Assembly: GCA_951406725.2 (NCBI GenBank)
Contig: OX597830.1
Location: 18,910,001-18,974,000, forward strand
Direction of reading: 5' to 3'
Source of the DNA: Octopus vulgaris
Lineage: Eukaryota
Length of the DNA stretch: 64,000 nt
Shown: piece after piece, positions 27,590-41,414 of the stretch
Position numbering within the stretch: the first letter of the stretch is position 1
Layout: each line of letters opens with the position of its first letter
Made by a program: the position numbers and the translations under genes
The notes under the pieces: generated by a model
The model's input: only the letters and a program-made list of their open reading frames with translations
Database searches by the model: none
What the model was told of the DNA's origin: nothing

Positions 27590-27597
<8 letters not shown>
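26327..27597 (-). mobile_element. Second Penelope-like element (different family), 5'-truncated, with inverted copy of its 3' end
   Basis: Minus-strand 27335-27087 encodes TGLSKLIWRLK...LEWSIL...PFD...CNLCNSE.FHIL...LVN...CPH, resembling the C-terminal end of PLE GIY-YIG proteins. About 105 bp at 26327-26430 is repeated in inverted orientation at 27338-27442. Flanked by (TA)n. Confidence 0.75.
26386..26466 (-). ncRNA. Hammerhead-like motif in the second PLE tail (long loop II)
   Basis: TTC-CTGAAGA-G-AAAG..(about 45 nt)..CTTT-GAAA-CATGTG-TA-GAA. Confidence 0.55.
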
Positions 27598-27625
<28 letters not shown>

Positions 27626-28062
27626 CCGTGCTGCATCTTATATATATATATATAATCACTCCCATGGCACCATATTTCTATAAGTATCCCATCACTACCA
27701 TATCATTAAAAATGGTACTAATTATTTTTCCTTTTTCTCTTTGATATGAATTCTTTTTGGTGTTTCCAAGTTATGTTTAATCATGTTTTTTTCATGTTTG
27801 CTTTCTCAATATGATACATGAGCAATATTTGAAGAACTTTCTGGTTAGCATGTAGCTTGGAATGGATTTGTTACAGAAATTGGAATCATATTTCAGACAC
27901 TGGAACTTCTTCATAGCTAAATAATTTAGAATAATTTACTCAGAATTTTCACAAGATAAACAGAAATATATATGTGTGTGTGTGGTTAAGAGTATGAGTG
28001 AGTAAGAGTTCATAGGTGCAAGCATGAATGTGTGTGAGTGCATGTGTGCATGTGTGGTTGCA

Positions 28063-28093
<31 letters not shown>

Positions 28094-29987
28094 ATGATGT
28101 TGCATTTGAGAGATAGAAGAGTAAATGATTGACTTAAGGTGTTGTTATGTGGTTGAGAAATATGCTTTCTAGTCATGTGGTCTTGGGTTCTAGCTGATGA
28201 TGTGGCACCTTGGGCAAGTGTCTTCTACTATAGCCTCGATTCCAGGCCAAAGTCTTGCGAGTGGATTTGGTAGATGGAAACTGAAAGAAGCTTGTCATAT
28301 GTGTGTGTGTGTGTGTGTGCGTGTGTGTATGCATCTAAATGACATGTCTTTGTGTTTGTGTTATGTTTGTCCCTCACCATCACTTGACAATCAGTGTTAG
28401 TTTGTTTATGTTCCCATAACTTAGAGGTTCAGCAAAAGAAACCAATAGAATAAGTCCCAGGCTTAAAAAAAAAAAAAAGGAAACCCCTCTGTGCAGTGCC
28501 CCAGCATGACCGCAGTCCAATGACTGACACAAGTTAAAGATAAAAGATATAAAAATAGCTCTTACTATAAATACTCTACTGCCTACCTGCAGCCAACCCC
28601 CACCACTTTGTGCAGACTAAAATCTGAGACCCCCTTCGGTCATGACTGACCATGGGATTGCACCTAGAAAGTTACCCTCCCAGGCACAAGTCCAGGCAAG
28701 GTTGTTTGTGGAAGACTAGCAGTCCCCCATGCATACTGGCCTCCCCTCTCCATGCCACCAGGAAAGGCGACAGCCGATACAGCTTGGCACCTGTGACATC
28801 GCAAAATCAACATATTATTAATTGTTGATGACACCTTCCTTTTCCACCTAATTAATTTGGTGAAGAGGTGCCAATATCACACTGTGGTGGGAAGCTGTGG
28901 AAGGGGTAGACCCAGGAAGATGTGGGACGAAGTGGTGAGAAAGGATCTTTAGATATTGAGTCTCACTGAGAAGATGACAATGGACTGTGACTTCAGGAGA
29001 CACACCAAGCTAAGTAAAATAGTGGCCATCCATACATACAGGCATGTCTTTTATGGTCATGCCCCACCACTCTCTCTCTTAGCCGAGAGGTCCTTGTCTT
29101 GTGAGTTCCCATGTGCTTTTTACATGGTACCAGCCCCCATTTTGGTGTCATATAAAAAGCATCTGTGCTTGTGCCACATTGAAAACCCTCTTGCCAGTGC
29201 CATGTGCAGGTGCCACATTGAAAGCACTCATGCCAGTGCCATGTAAAAAAAAAAAGTACTTCTTTTGGTGCCATGTAAAAAGTATCGGTGCTGGTGTCAC
29301 ATAACAACAGCACTGGTAGTGTTGATGCCCTGTTAAAAAAAGCACCCAGTACACTCTGTACAGTGGTTGGTATTAGGAAGGGCATCCTGCCATAGGAACC
29401 ATGCCAAAACAGACGACTGGACTGGGTGGCTCTCTGAATGGCCAGCTCCTGTGAAACCGTCCAACCTATGCCAGCATGGAAAATGGACGATAAATGACGA
29501 CGATGATGATGGTGATGATGATGGTAATGATGATGATGATGATGACGACGACGATGATGATGACGACGACGACGATGATGACGATGATGATGATGACGAT
29601 GATAATGATGATGACAATGATAATGATGATGATGATGATGATGATGAAGACAACGATGATGATAATTAGAAATGAGCCTAGGTATCCTAATGAGCCAATA
29701 TCTCCTAGCAATCCAATATATTCTGATTAATATATATTCTAACTTCATTTTCCGTATCTCATCAACTAATCCCGAAGGAATTGCTACGTAGTTCATGCAT
29801 AATGTTAATGCTATTGAAACCAATCCATGCTGTAAAGTGGTTGGTGATGGATGCTGTATCAAATGATGGAAAGCTTCAAGAAAATATCATCAGATACAGC
29901 AATAAAGCTGTGCAGTTTTCCTCTGTTGCTCTGTGTGTGTGTGTGTATGTGTGTGTGTGTGTGTGTGCGTGTGTGTGAGGGAGAGAT

Positions 29988-30025
<38 letters not shown>

Positions 30026-32355
30026 GGAAGGACTGTGGCAAGTGAATAGACATTGTGAAACACATCCAATACATGCCAACATTGAAAAATAGACATTAAA
30101 CAATGATGATGAATATGATGTTGTTGTTGTTGTTGGTGATGGTGGTGGTGGTGACGACGACGACGACGAAGATGATGAGAATGATGATGGTGAATGTGAT
30201 GGTGATGATGGTGATAGTGATGATGATGATTATGATGATGATGATGATGATGTTGATGGTGGCAATTTGGATGACAATAATGCCGCCATCTCCATCACTG
30301 ACAATAATGAAATCTTAATTGTGATGGATTGACAAAATTGTTTGAGCATCAAACGAGACACCTTGTAGTATATACCTACAGTTCCATATTTTCTGAGTTC
30401 AAACTCTGTTAAGATCAACTTTGCCTTTTGTCTTTCTAGGGATGTTAAAATAAAGTATGAGCTAAGTTCCGGGGTCACACAAAATGTGTAGCAGTGTATC
30501 AATTTTATAACCCCTCTGGTCCTATCACACTAAGGCCTATTTAACTAATATAGTGTTGGTGCTACAAGAAAATGCACCTAGTAAACTCTGTAAAGTGGTT
30601 TGTGTTAGGAAGTGCATCCTGTCATAGAAACCAGGCCAAATGGTACTTACAAGCACCTAGTTGTGGGGAGATGTAGCTTCTAATTGGCAGTGACTCAAAC
30701 CATAAGTAACAGTCTAACTCATGTCAGCACAGAAAGTGGACATAAAGTGCTGCTGCTGTTGCTGTTGCTGTTGAGCAAACGGTTTTTGTCCCAGAGCTCG
30801 CAAGATGGGAGAAGTCCGAAACGTGGTCCTTTGCTATTTATAAGACCTGCAGAAGAGAAAGCAGGTCAACCCCCCGACACCGAGAGCATCGCCGGATGGA
30901 TGAATGCACATCCAGGCTCAGCGGTTGTGTAGGAAGTCGGGGACAAGAAACAGGAAGAGAGAGTGAGAGAAAGTTGGGGCGAAAGAGTACAACAGGGGTC
31001 GCCACCACCCCCTGCTGGAGCCTCGTGGAGCTTTTAGGTGTTTTCGCTCAATAAACACAAACAACGCCCGGTCTGGGAATCGAAACCGCGATCCTCCGAC
31101 CCCGAGTCCACTGTCCTAACGAATGGGCCATTGCGCCTCCACTGCTGCTGCTGCTGCTGATTATGATGATGATGATGATGATGACGATGATGATGATGAT
31201 CATCATCATCATCATCGTCATCATCATCCTGAACTTAACTAATTTCAAAAAGTCCTTTCCCCATTGATTAAATTGTCCTCTATCCCATTCACACATTTTA
31301 TTGTATCACACCGTACAATAGCATTTTCATGAGTCTTTCATTATACTGATCACCAAAAGCAGATACACCGACGTCACTCTGTGCACACGCATTCATATGT
31401 GTGGACACACGCACACACATACACATTAACCCTCATTTGTATCCAAGCAAATTAATATTTCCCCATGGCTAAGGCATGTTTTTCATGGAAGATGGAAGAC
31501 AGGGTAACAAATAACATCACTTATATGTCAGTGATACTCACTCACAACCATCACACGATATTCAAGACAAGGGTACACACACGCACACACACACACACAC
31601 ACACACATGCACGCACACACATGCACACACACACACAATCACACGCACACACCTGCACACACACACACAAACACACACGCACACAAACACACACACACAA
31701 ACATACACACACACACACACGCACACACACACTCACACACACACATAAACACACACACACAAACACACACACAAATACACACACACACAGACACACACAT
31801 ACACATGCAAACACACATACACACGCAAACACACACACACACATACACACATACACACACACACACATGCACACACACTTACACATACACACACCCAAAT
31901 ACATAAATATTTTTCTTCAAAGTCATTTTAATTAAAACACACTACCTTGCAAATCAACAGACTTCCTGCATCTCATAATCTCAACACAACACATTAGTAA
32001 AAATTCTTCTCTCAGTTTCTCTCCATGATAAAAAAACACACAACACCTTATTCTTCCCCCCCCCCCCAGGCATCTTAATATCCCAGCTCTTATTACCTTA
32101 TTCGCAGCATTACCCTAACACCAGGTCACCTGCTGTCTAATATATTATACTTCTCAGTCTCCTTGAGCCTTATCTAAATAAGCATTATCTTATGCTAATT
32201 AAAACTACCAAGCCAAAGAGGAAAGAGTTGTACATTGTCAGTTGACCTACAAAGAAATAGCAGCCAAGTCTCCTCTATAAAGTTACACACTAAGATATTT
32301 AGTACTGAAGGAAGGAATGTGCATCCAGAATTATGGAGGCTCTTGAATGCATTGT

Positions 32356-32399
<44 letters not shown>

Positions 32400-32812
32400 T
32401 TAGCGTCCGCTTTCCATGCTGGCATGGGTTGGACGGTTCAACTGGGGTCTGTGAAGCCAGAAGGCTGCATCAGGCCCAGTCTGATCTGGCAGTGTTTCTA
32501 CGGCTGGATGCCCTTCCTAACGCCAACCACTCCGAGAGTGTAGTGGGTGCTTTTTACGTGCCACCCGCACAGGTGCCAGACGGAGCTGGCAAACGGCCAC
32601 GAACGGATGGTGCTTTTACGTGCCACCGGCACGGGGGCCCCACGAACGGATGGTGCTACGTGCCACCGGCACGGGGGCCAGGCGAGGCTGGCAACGGACA
32701 CGAACGGATGGTGCTTTTACGTGCCATAAATAAATATTGGATGCTCATGAGTGGGATGCTTTTGATCATAGGTCTGTTAAAAAATTACTAACCATCTTAC
32801 AAACAATAATTC

Positions 32813-33172
32813 TTCGCACCTTTTCAAACTCCACCTGTCCAACACCCGTGGACATGTTTACAAAGTCAGAAAACAGCACAGCTCTCATGACTTTCGGAAG
32901 CAATTTTTCACACTAAGAGTTGCTGAAGTATGGAACAAACTGCCGGCATCAGTTGTTAGTTGTCAGAGCACTGCATCCTTCAAAACTTCCATGCTTCCTG
33001 AGATTCGCCAACACTACATCTGATCTCCCCTCCATACACACGCAAGCATGTATCTGACTCATACACTGTTCGCTCTCCAGATATTTGTACATTACTGCAT
33101 ATGCTTTATACACACTTTTGACAAGTTGTGGTGCACCTAAGCACTGGATACAATAATTTCATTATTATTATT
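32813..33172 (+). mobile_element. CR1/L2-clade LINE 3' end
   Basis: NTRGHVYKVRKQ...RKQFFTLRVAEVWNKLP..VV...S...FK followed by a 3'UTR and (ATT)n tail. Confidence 0.8.
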
Positions 33173-34619
33173 TAATCAGGTCTAACATGGCAATAAAAAA
33201 ACAACAGCAATTGAAAGTTATATCTCTTAGTTGGATCTTTATTGAATTCCATACATCTCTTTTCTTATCTTTTATTTTTCACTGGCTTCAGTCATTGGAT
33301 TACAGCCATGCTGGACTGCAGCATCACTTTAAATGGCTTAGTTGAACGAATCAACTACAGAAAATTAGTTTGGGAGTTGATAAGTGCTACCAGTCTCTTT
33401 TGCCAAACTGCTAAGTTATAGGAATGTAAACAAATCAACATTGGTTGTCAAGTGGTGTAGGGGGGAACACTCACACACACATACACACACCAACACACAC
33501 ATACATACACAAGTACACACTCATACACACAAGTATACACACACACAGGTGCACACATACACACACACACATACACTCACTCGCACACACTTGCACACAC
33601 ACACGTACAGACACACACACACACACACAAGCACACATGCACACACTCACACAAGTACGCACACACATATGCAAGCATGCATGCATTATCCAGGCAGACA
33701 CTGTTTAAACAGTCAGTTATAATCCAGGTTATGGCTAACCCCATTGATTGGTAAGGAACACCTAAGATTATTTCAGGTAAGCAATCCCAATGTATTTCAT
33801 CCGATGGGTAAATCCTGAATTCACTTGTCTTATACACACACATACACACACACACACACACATAAAAAGTAACTGTGAACTTGCCATGAGGAATGGGAAA
33901 TCCATAATTTCTAACACAGTCCTTCTTTAGAGATAAAGTTGAAAGGAGAAAGATTAACGATAGACATCAGAGTTTTACATCCTCTAAGATTTCAAAAACT
34001 GGTTGTAACTTAGCAGAGTTGTTGTCTTTCATTAATTTCTCTCTCTCTCTTTTACTTGTTTCAGTCATTTGGCTGCAGCCATGCTGGAGCACCGCCTTTA
34101 GTTGAGCAAATCGACCCCGGGACTTATTTTTTGTAAGCCCAGTACTTATTTTATCGGTCTCTTTTGCCGAACTGCTAAGTGACGGGGACGTAAACACACC
34201 AGCATTGGTTGTCAAGCAATGCTAGGGGGACAAACACAGACACACAAACACACACACATATATATATATATATACATATATACGACAGGCTTCTTTCAGT
34301 TTCCGTCTACCAAATCCACTCACAAGGCATTGGTCGGCCCGGGGCTATAGCAGAAGACACTTGCCCAAGATGCCACGCAGTGGGACTGAACCCGGAACCA
34401 TGTGGTTGGTTAGCAAGCTACTTACCACACAGCCACTCCTGAAACTTTTCCCTTGAAAAAGGACTCTGTCTGAAATGTTGGATTTTCCCACTCCTCCCTG
34501 CAAGGTCACTGTATGTTTGTTATCACTTTTACTATATTAGTCTTGCTGACGTAGAACAAAACCAGTCTAATTGAAGTGTGTTTAATCACATGTATGTATG
34601 TATGTATGTATGTATGTAC

Positions 34620-34690
<71 letters not shown>

Positions 34691-35206
34691 CTCTTCTGTT
34701 TCTATTTAGTTAAATTCTTCTTCTGAGGAAGGAGCTGGTTTCTAATAAACATACAAAGCTCCATTGTAGGATTGTAGATAACAAGAACAATATCACATTT
34801 TAAACTTGAGGAAAGTTTTGCATATTTTTGCTGTTCCACTTATAGATTCCATTTGTAATGTGTTAGTTAGTTGATTTGTCTTTCTGGAAAATCCAAGATT
34901 ATCCAGACTCACAAAACCAAGTGCACCTTTAAGTATAAATATGTGATCTGGATATAGAAGCTGGAAGTTTTGACACATGAACATATACACACACACATAC
35001 ATGAATATATACATATATATGCGACGGGCTTCTTTCAGTTTCTGTCTACCAAATCCACTCACAGGGCTTTGGTTAGCCCGCGGCTATAGTAGAAGACACT
35101 TGCCCAAGGTGCCATGCAGTGGGACTGAACCCAGAACCATGTGGTTCGTAAGCAAGCTACTTACCACACAGCCACTCCTATGAATATATATATATATATA
35201 TATATA

Positions 35207-35240
<34 letters not shown>

Positions 35241-35251
35241 CATATACTTAT

Positions 35252-35285
<34 letters not shown>

Positions 35286-36392
35286 TTCTAAATACTTAAA
35301 AAAAAATTGGATAGAGAAAAATAAGTAGGATCTTATGACTCATTGTGCTTTATCTGAATTCAAATTAAATTGGAGTATGTTGTCACTGTGTATATAACAG
35401 TAATTCTCATATCACTTTGCTAGAAACTTATTGTGAGGTACCTTAAATACTAACAGAATTCTTTTCTTGCAAAAGTAAGGCACTGAGGTGCCAGACAAAA
35501 TGCTTAGCAACACCTTGTTCATCTGGGGTCAATGTAACTGACTTAACCCCATCCCTAAAACTGCTGGCTGAGTACCAAAATTTGAAACTATCCATTTCTT
35601 GCAAAAGCCTATCTTTCATATGTTGTGGATACTGTTTTCTTTATAAGGTACTCTTTTTTGTTACACACATCAATATCTACTTCAAGATACTTTACGTTGT
35701 GCGGGTGGCATGTAAAAAGCACCCACTACACTCACGGAGTGGTTGGCGTTAGGAAGGGCATCCAGCCGTAGAAACACTGCCAGATTTGACTGGGCCTGAT
35801 GAAGCCTTCTGGCTTCACAGACCCCAGTAGAACCGTCCAACCCATGCTAGCATGGAAAACGAACGCTAAACGATGATGATGATGATGATGATGACAGTGG
35901 TTCCCAACCTTTGGTCCACAGACCCCTGATGGTCCACAAAATTAGTGATGAGGGTCCATGAACTAAATTCAAAATTTTATATATATATATATATATATTG
36001 GAGTGGCTGTGTGGTAAGTAGCTTGCTTACCAACCACATGGTTCCGGGTTCAGTCCCACTGCGTGACACCTTGGGCAAGTGTCTTCTACTATAGCCTCGG
36101 GCTGACCAAAGCCTTGTGAGTGGATTTGGTTGACAGAAACTGAAAGAAGCCCATTGTATATATATATATGTATATATTTATGTAAGTGTGTATGTATATA
36201 TGTTTGTGTGTCTGTGTTTGTCCTCCAATATTGCTTGACAAAAGCAATGACAACATTGCTTGGCAAAAGAGACCGATTGAATAAGTTCTAGGCTTACAAA
36301 GAATAAGTCCTGGGGTTGATTTGCTTGACTAAAAGCGGTGCTGCAGCATGGCCACCAGCAAATGACTGAAACAAGTAAAAGAGTAAAAGAGT

Positions 36393-36423
<31 letters not shown>

Positions 36424-37179
36424 GTGTGTGCATTTATGTATATGTTTGGACAGAGAGCAAGAGAGAGAGAGAGAGAGAGAGAGAGAGCAGGGGAAGCTGA
36501 AAGAAGAGAAAGAGAGTAAGTGTTGTGGAAGGAGAAGAAAAGAATGTGAGTGTAATTAAGATCAGTTGACTTAGCAAATGAAGGAAGTTTGGTGTTGAAT
36601 TGAAGACAAGGAAACGAGGTGAGCTTGTTGTTTAGAGAGAGATTTGTTACAGTATCCAGTTACTGACAGACACGAAAACTGCAGAGAAAGAAAGAAACAA
36701 CAAATGTCTGACAGATAGAAAGAATGTGTATAAGTAAATCATGTCTTTAACACAGTTACATAGTTTGCTTCGAATGTGTTTATCTAAGTATAGCTGATGG
36801 CCATGTGGACCAGTTTAGCATGGAGTACAGGGAAACATTTGAGCGTATGATAAGAGGCTATTTGTGCGTAAGTATGATTGATGAAATCCAATTCCTTGTT
36901 TAACATCAGCATTTTGACTGTTAGGGGATTTCAGCAGGGATTCATTCGGTTGCAAATAAACATACATTTGGGTTTGGTGTTCAAATATCAGAACAACTTC
37001 CTCTTTCCTTCCACAAGTTTCGGAAGTCTTGAATGGGTTGATATGCACAGTGCTTCCTCTTTTGACCACATCATTTAACAAAAGGTCAAAAAAGTGTTGT
37101 TGATATTTAGCGTTATTATTATTATTATCATTATTATAAAGATAAATACAATTATTAACCATCGTACTAACAATAACTC

Positions 37180-37538
37180 TGAGCACCTTTTCAAACTCCA
37201 CCTGGTCTAACACCCGTGGACATGTTTACAAAGTCAGAAAACAGCACGGCTCCCTTGACTTTCAGAAACATTTTTTTACGCTAAGAGTTGCTGAAGTATG
37301 GAACAAACTTGTTAGTTGTCGGAGCACTGCATCCTTCAAAACTTCCATGCTTCCTGAGATTCGCCAACACTACACCTGATTTTCTCCCTCCCATACACAC
37401 GCAAGCATGTATCTGACTCATACACTGTTCGCTTTCCAGACATTTGTACATTATTGCATATGCTTTATACACACTTTTGACAAGTTGTGGTGCACCTGAG
37501 CACTGTATGCAATAATTTCATTATTATTATTATTATTA
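37180..37538 (+). mobile_element. CR1/L2-clade LINE 3' end (second copy)
   Basis: Near-identical to 32813-33172 with a small deletion. Confidence 0.8.
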
Positions 37539-37948
37539 CGGCGGTGAGCTGGCACAATCATTAGTGTGCTGGATAAAAGGCTTAGCAGTATTTTACCCAT
37601 CACTACATTCTAAGTTCAATTTCCACTGAGGTTGACTTTACCTTTCAGGGCTGGTATATTAAATACCAGTTGAGTATGGGGATCGATGTAATCAACTAGT
37701 CCCCTCCCCCAACTTTCAGGCCTTGTGCCTATAATAGAAAGGATTATTGTTGTTGTTATTATTATTATTATTATTAAGGTGGCAAGCTGCCCATTGCTAC
37801 ATTCTCAGTTCAAATTCCAGTGAGGTCGATTTTACCTTTCATCCTTTCGGGGCTGATATATTAAATACCAGTTGAGTATGGGGATCGATGTAATCGACTA
37901 GTCCCCTTCCTCGAATTTCAGGCCTTGTGCTTATAATAGAAAGGATTA

Positions 37949-38130
37949 TTACCTCTGCCTTAGTGAAGGTGGAAGTATTGTTTTCAGTCACATTTGTTTG
38001 TTTCTTTGTCTGTGGACAAAATATCTCAAGAACAGCTGGATAGATTCAAATGAAACTTTCAGGGATGTTTGGCCTCATGACTGGCATGAACTGATTGGTG
38101 GAGGTTTGCGCTCTCTGAGTGCTCTTCTTC
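37949..38130 (+). mobile_element. DINE/HINE-like (Helentron-associated) short element
   Basis: Subterminal IR ttacctctgcc...ggtggaggt, (GTTT/GTCT) microsatellite core and 3' hairpin gcgctc-tct-gagtgc. Confidence 0.55.
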
Positions 38131-39822
38131 TTCTTCTTATTATTATGGTGGTGGGTGGTGGCAAGCTGGCAGAATCGTTAACACATCAGTCAAAATGCCT
38201 AGTGGCATTTTGTCAGTTTTTACATTCTGAGTTCAAATTCCACTGAGGTCGACTTTGCTTTTTGTCCTTTCAGAGTTGATAAAATAAGTACCAGCCAAGT
38301 GCTGGGGTCATTGTAATCGATTTAGCTGACCTTGTGCCAAAATTTGAAACCAATATTATTATTATTATTATTATTATTATTAAGGTGGCAAAATCATTAG
38401 GGTGCTTTGTGATATTTGTTCTGGCTTTTTGCATTCTGAATACAAATCCTGCCAGGGTTGACTTAGCCTTTCATCATTGCAGCGCCAATAAAGTGTCAAG
38501 TACTGAGGCTGAAGCAACTAACCCGTTTCTATGGTAGTCATTGTTTTCCTTTCACAACTGGATACTGTTCCTACTATGAGTCATTAAGATGGTGTCAAGT
38601 AGACAGACTGTGGCCTAGAGACATGTCATCCTTATTTTGATTCTCAGTAATATCTGTATCTGTATTTTTAGTAAGGTTTGAATTCATAATCATAGAGTAA
38701 TCATATTCACGCACACATTGTAATCTCTCAGTTAATTGTTGTTGTTATTGTTAAGGTCTTGAGCTTAACAATAATAAAATGAATTACCAATCAAGTACTG
38801 GAGGTAATAGTATGGGACCTCAAAAATTCCAGGTTGTTGTCCAGGGTGCTGGAAGCCTACTAGAAGTGAGGCACCTACTCTTACTCTTTTGCTCTTTTAC
38901 TTGTTTCAGTCATTTGACTGCGGCCATGCTGGAGTACTGCCTTTTAGTTGGGCAAATGACCAAAACAAGTAAAAGGAATAAAAAAAGGGGAAAAAAAACA
39001 GAAATTAACATAAACAGCTAGGCACAATATAATACCATAAAGGAACAATTTAATCATCACTAATTGTGAGTGAGGGTGAAAAAAAAAAAACCTAGATTGC
39101 TAGAGATAAGATTTAAAATCTCTTAATGCTGTGAGAAGCATGCAATGTATATACACTGACAGCTGAGATAACTGCCCCATGAGCATCTCTAGGATAACTA
39201 GACTAGACTAGTTTTGTCTATCAGTTGTAGGCTCATGAGTGGGGACAACTCAAATGCTCAATGGTTTGGCTAAATCCAGCTGTCAATATATATGTTTTTG
39301 CAATGAAAATTTATGGCTGATTTAGCGAAATGCTAATGCATATATTAAAAATTAATACAAGCAGCTGTTTATATTAATTTTTAATATATGCATTAGCATT
39401 TCGCTAATGATAAACAAATGTCCAACTGTGCTCCAACTTCCTGACTCAAGTTCTTCAATTATCATCATCATCGTTTAACGTCCGCTTTCCATGCTGGCAT
39501 GGGTTGGACGATTTGACTGAGGACTGGTGAGCCAGATGGCTGCACCAGGCTCCAATCTTAATGTGGCAGAGTTTCTACAGCTGGATGCCCTTCCTAATGC
39601 CAATCACTCCGAGAGTGTAGTGGGTGCTTTTTACGTGCCACCGACACAAGGGCCAGTCATGCGGTACTGGCAACAGGTATGCTCAAATGGTGTTTTTTAC
39701 ATGCCATCTGCACAGGAGCCAGTCCAGCAGCACTGGCAATGCCCCTGCTCGAATGTCTTTTCACGTGCCACCAGCAAAAGTGCCAGTAAGGCGACACTGG
39801 TAACGATCACGCTCGAACGGTG

Positions 39823-39859
<37 letters not shown>

Positions 39860-41414
39860 ATTGTTTGTTCCTTCTCAAGCCATGCCTGGCTCATAAGGGC
39901 TGGTTTCCTGGTTTCATTGGCATATACGTTCCCCACTGGATGGGATGCTGGTCCATTGCAGGTGAGCTTCTAGACGCAGGAGGAAAGAGTGAGAAAAAGT
40001 TGTGGCGAAGGAGTCAGCGGAAGTTTGCCATTACCTTCTGCTGGAGCCACATGGAGCTTTAATTTATGTAATTAAAAGAAAAAAAAAACTTTTCAAATAA
40101 AGTGGAAATATACAAAAATAAACATTTTCCATTTTACTGTTAGATTTGTTTTATTTTGAATTAAATACATATATCTCTCTCTCTATTACATACATATAAG
40201 AGGGATGACTAATAGTGGACATGTATTATGCTAGAAGTTGACTTCTAGCATAATGGATGTCCACTTAGTGGTCATCCCTCTTATATGTATGTAATACAAT
40301 TTTTCTGAATCTACAGATTTTTCTATATGCTAGGCCACTGGTTTTAAATTGATATTAATCAAATTAATATTCAATTTTTCACCCTTATTATTTCAAATTT
40401 ATACCTCTCTATATATGGGGACACTTAAATCTTTTAAGTGCTTAGGGCTTGTATGGGTCTCAATCAAGCCCTGATTATCAACAGCAAATTAACACAAAAG
40501 CAAATCAGAATTTTATAAGAAATGATTTTATTTGATTTCTTCCTTCATATACATTTGATCTTTAAAAAAAATAATTTTACATAAAATCTTAACAATTATT
40601 GAAATTCTTAGTCATAATGTTCATAAATTTTTGGAAAGTTCACTTAATTAAGGAAATTTGTTTGTCATTGTTAGTGTATGCTGAGAGCTTTCCACAGAAA
40701 TTGGTGTATTTATGGTGTGCAGATGGCAGTGATGTATGTGTGCCATGTATTACAGCGTCTGTATGGACACACGCAGACATACTCAAACGTGTATATGTGC
40801 ATATACGTTCTCCATACACATAATCTACAAGAAACCCAACCCTATTATCTGCTGCAGTTTTAAGTGGATGAAAAGAAAATTCCCTTCAGAGAAACAAGTT
40901 TTGGACAGACATGAAATACATATGCCATACATAATGCTCAAACATATACATATATATATATATATATATATATGCACGATGTCTATTTATATATACACAT
41001 ACATACAAAGTGCAGGTGTGTGTGTGTATATACATACATACATACATACATACATGCACTTTATATGTGTGTGTGTGTGCATATATATAAATACACATCT
41101 TGTATAAGGGTGCATATACATATGTTACATTATATATATTACATTATTTATTACATATTATATATAATATGTATATTACATATATATATATATATACATA
41201 TATTCTGATATGTTATTTTAATAAGTGTCTATCTACAACCCGGTTACAGAGTGTCTTACGAAGTCCACTACATCATTCAGAGTGTATTTCTTTCTGATAT
41301 ATGTATCTGTATTAACTGATTATATATTACATGTATATATCATACATATATATATTGCACATATACATATATTACACATACACATACATTATACATATAT
41401 TGCATATACATATA

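Noticed and set aside
28993-29862. 289-aa minus-strand ORF
   Set aside because: Spans a (GAT)n tract and family C repeat; the unique 5' part shows no recognisable motif
41225-41290. Additional hammerhead (CTGAATGA...GTAA on minus)
   Set aside because: Core and stems too degenerate to support
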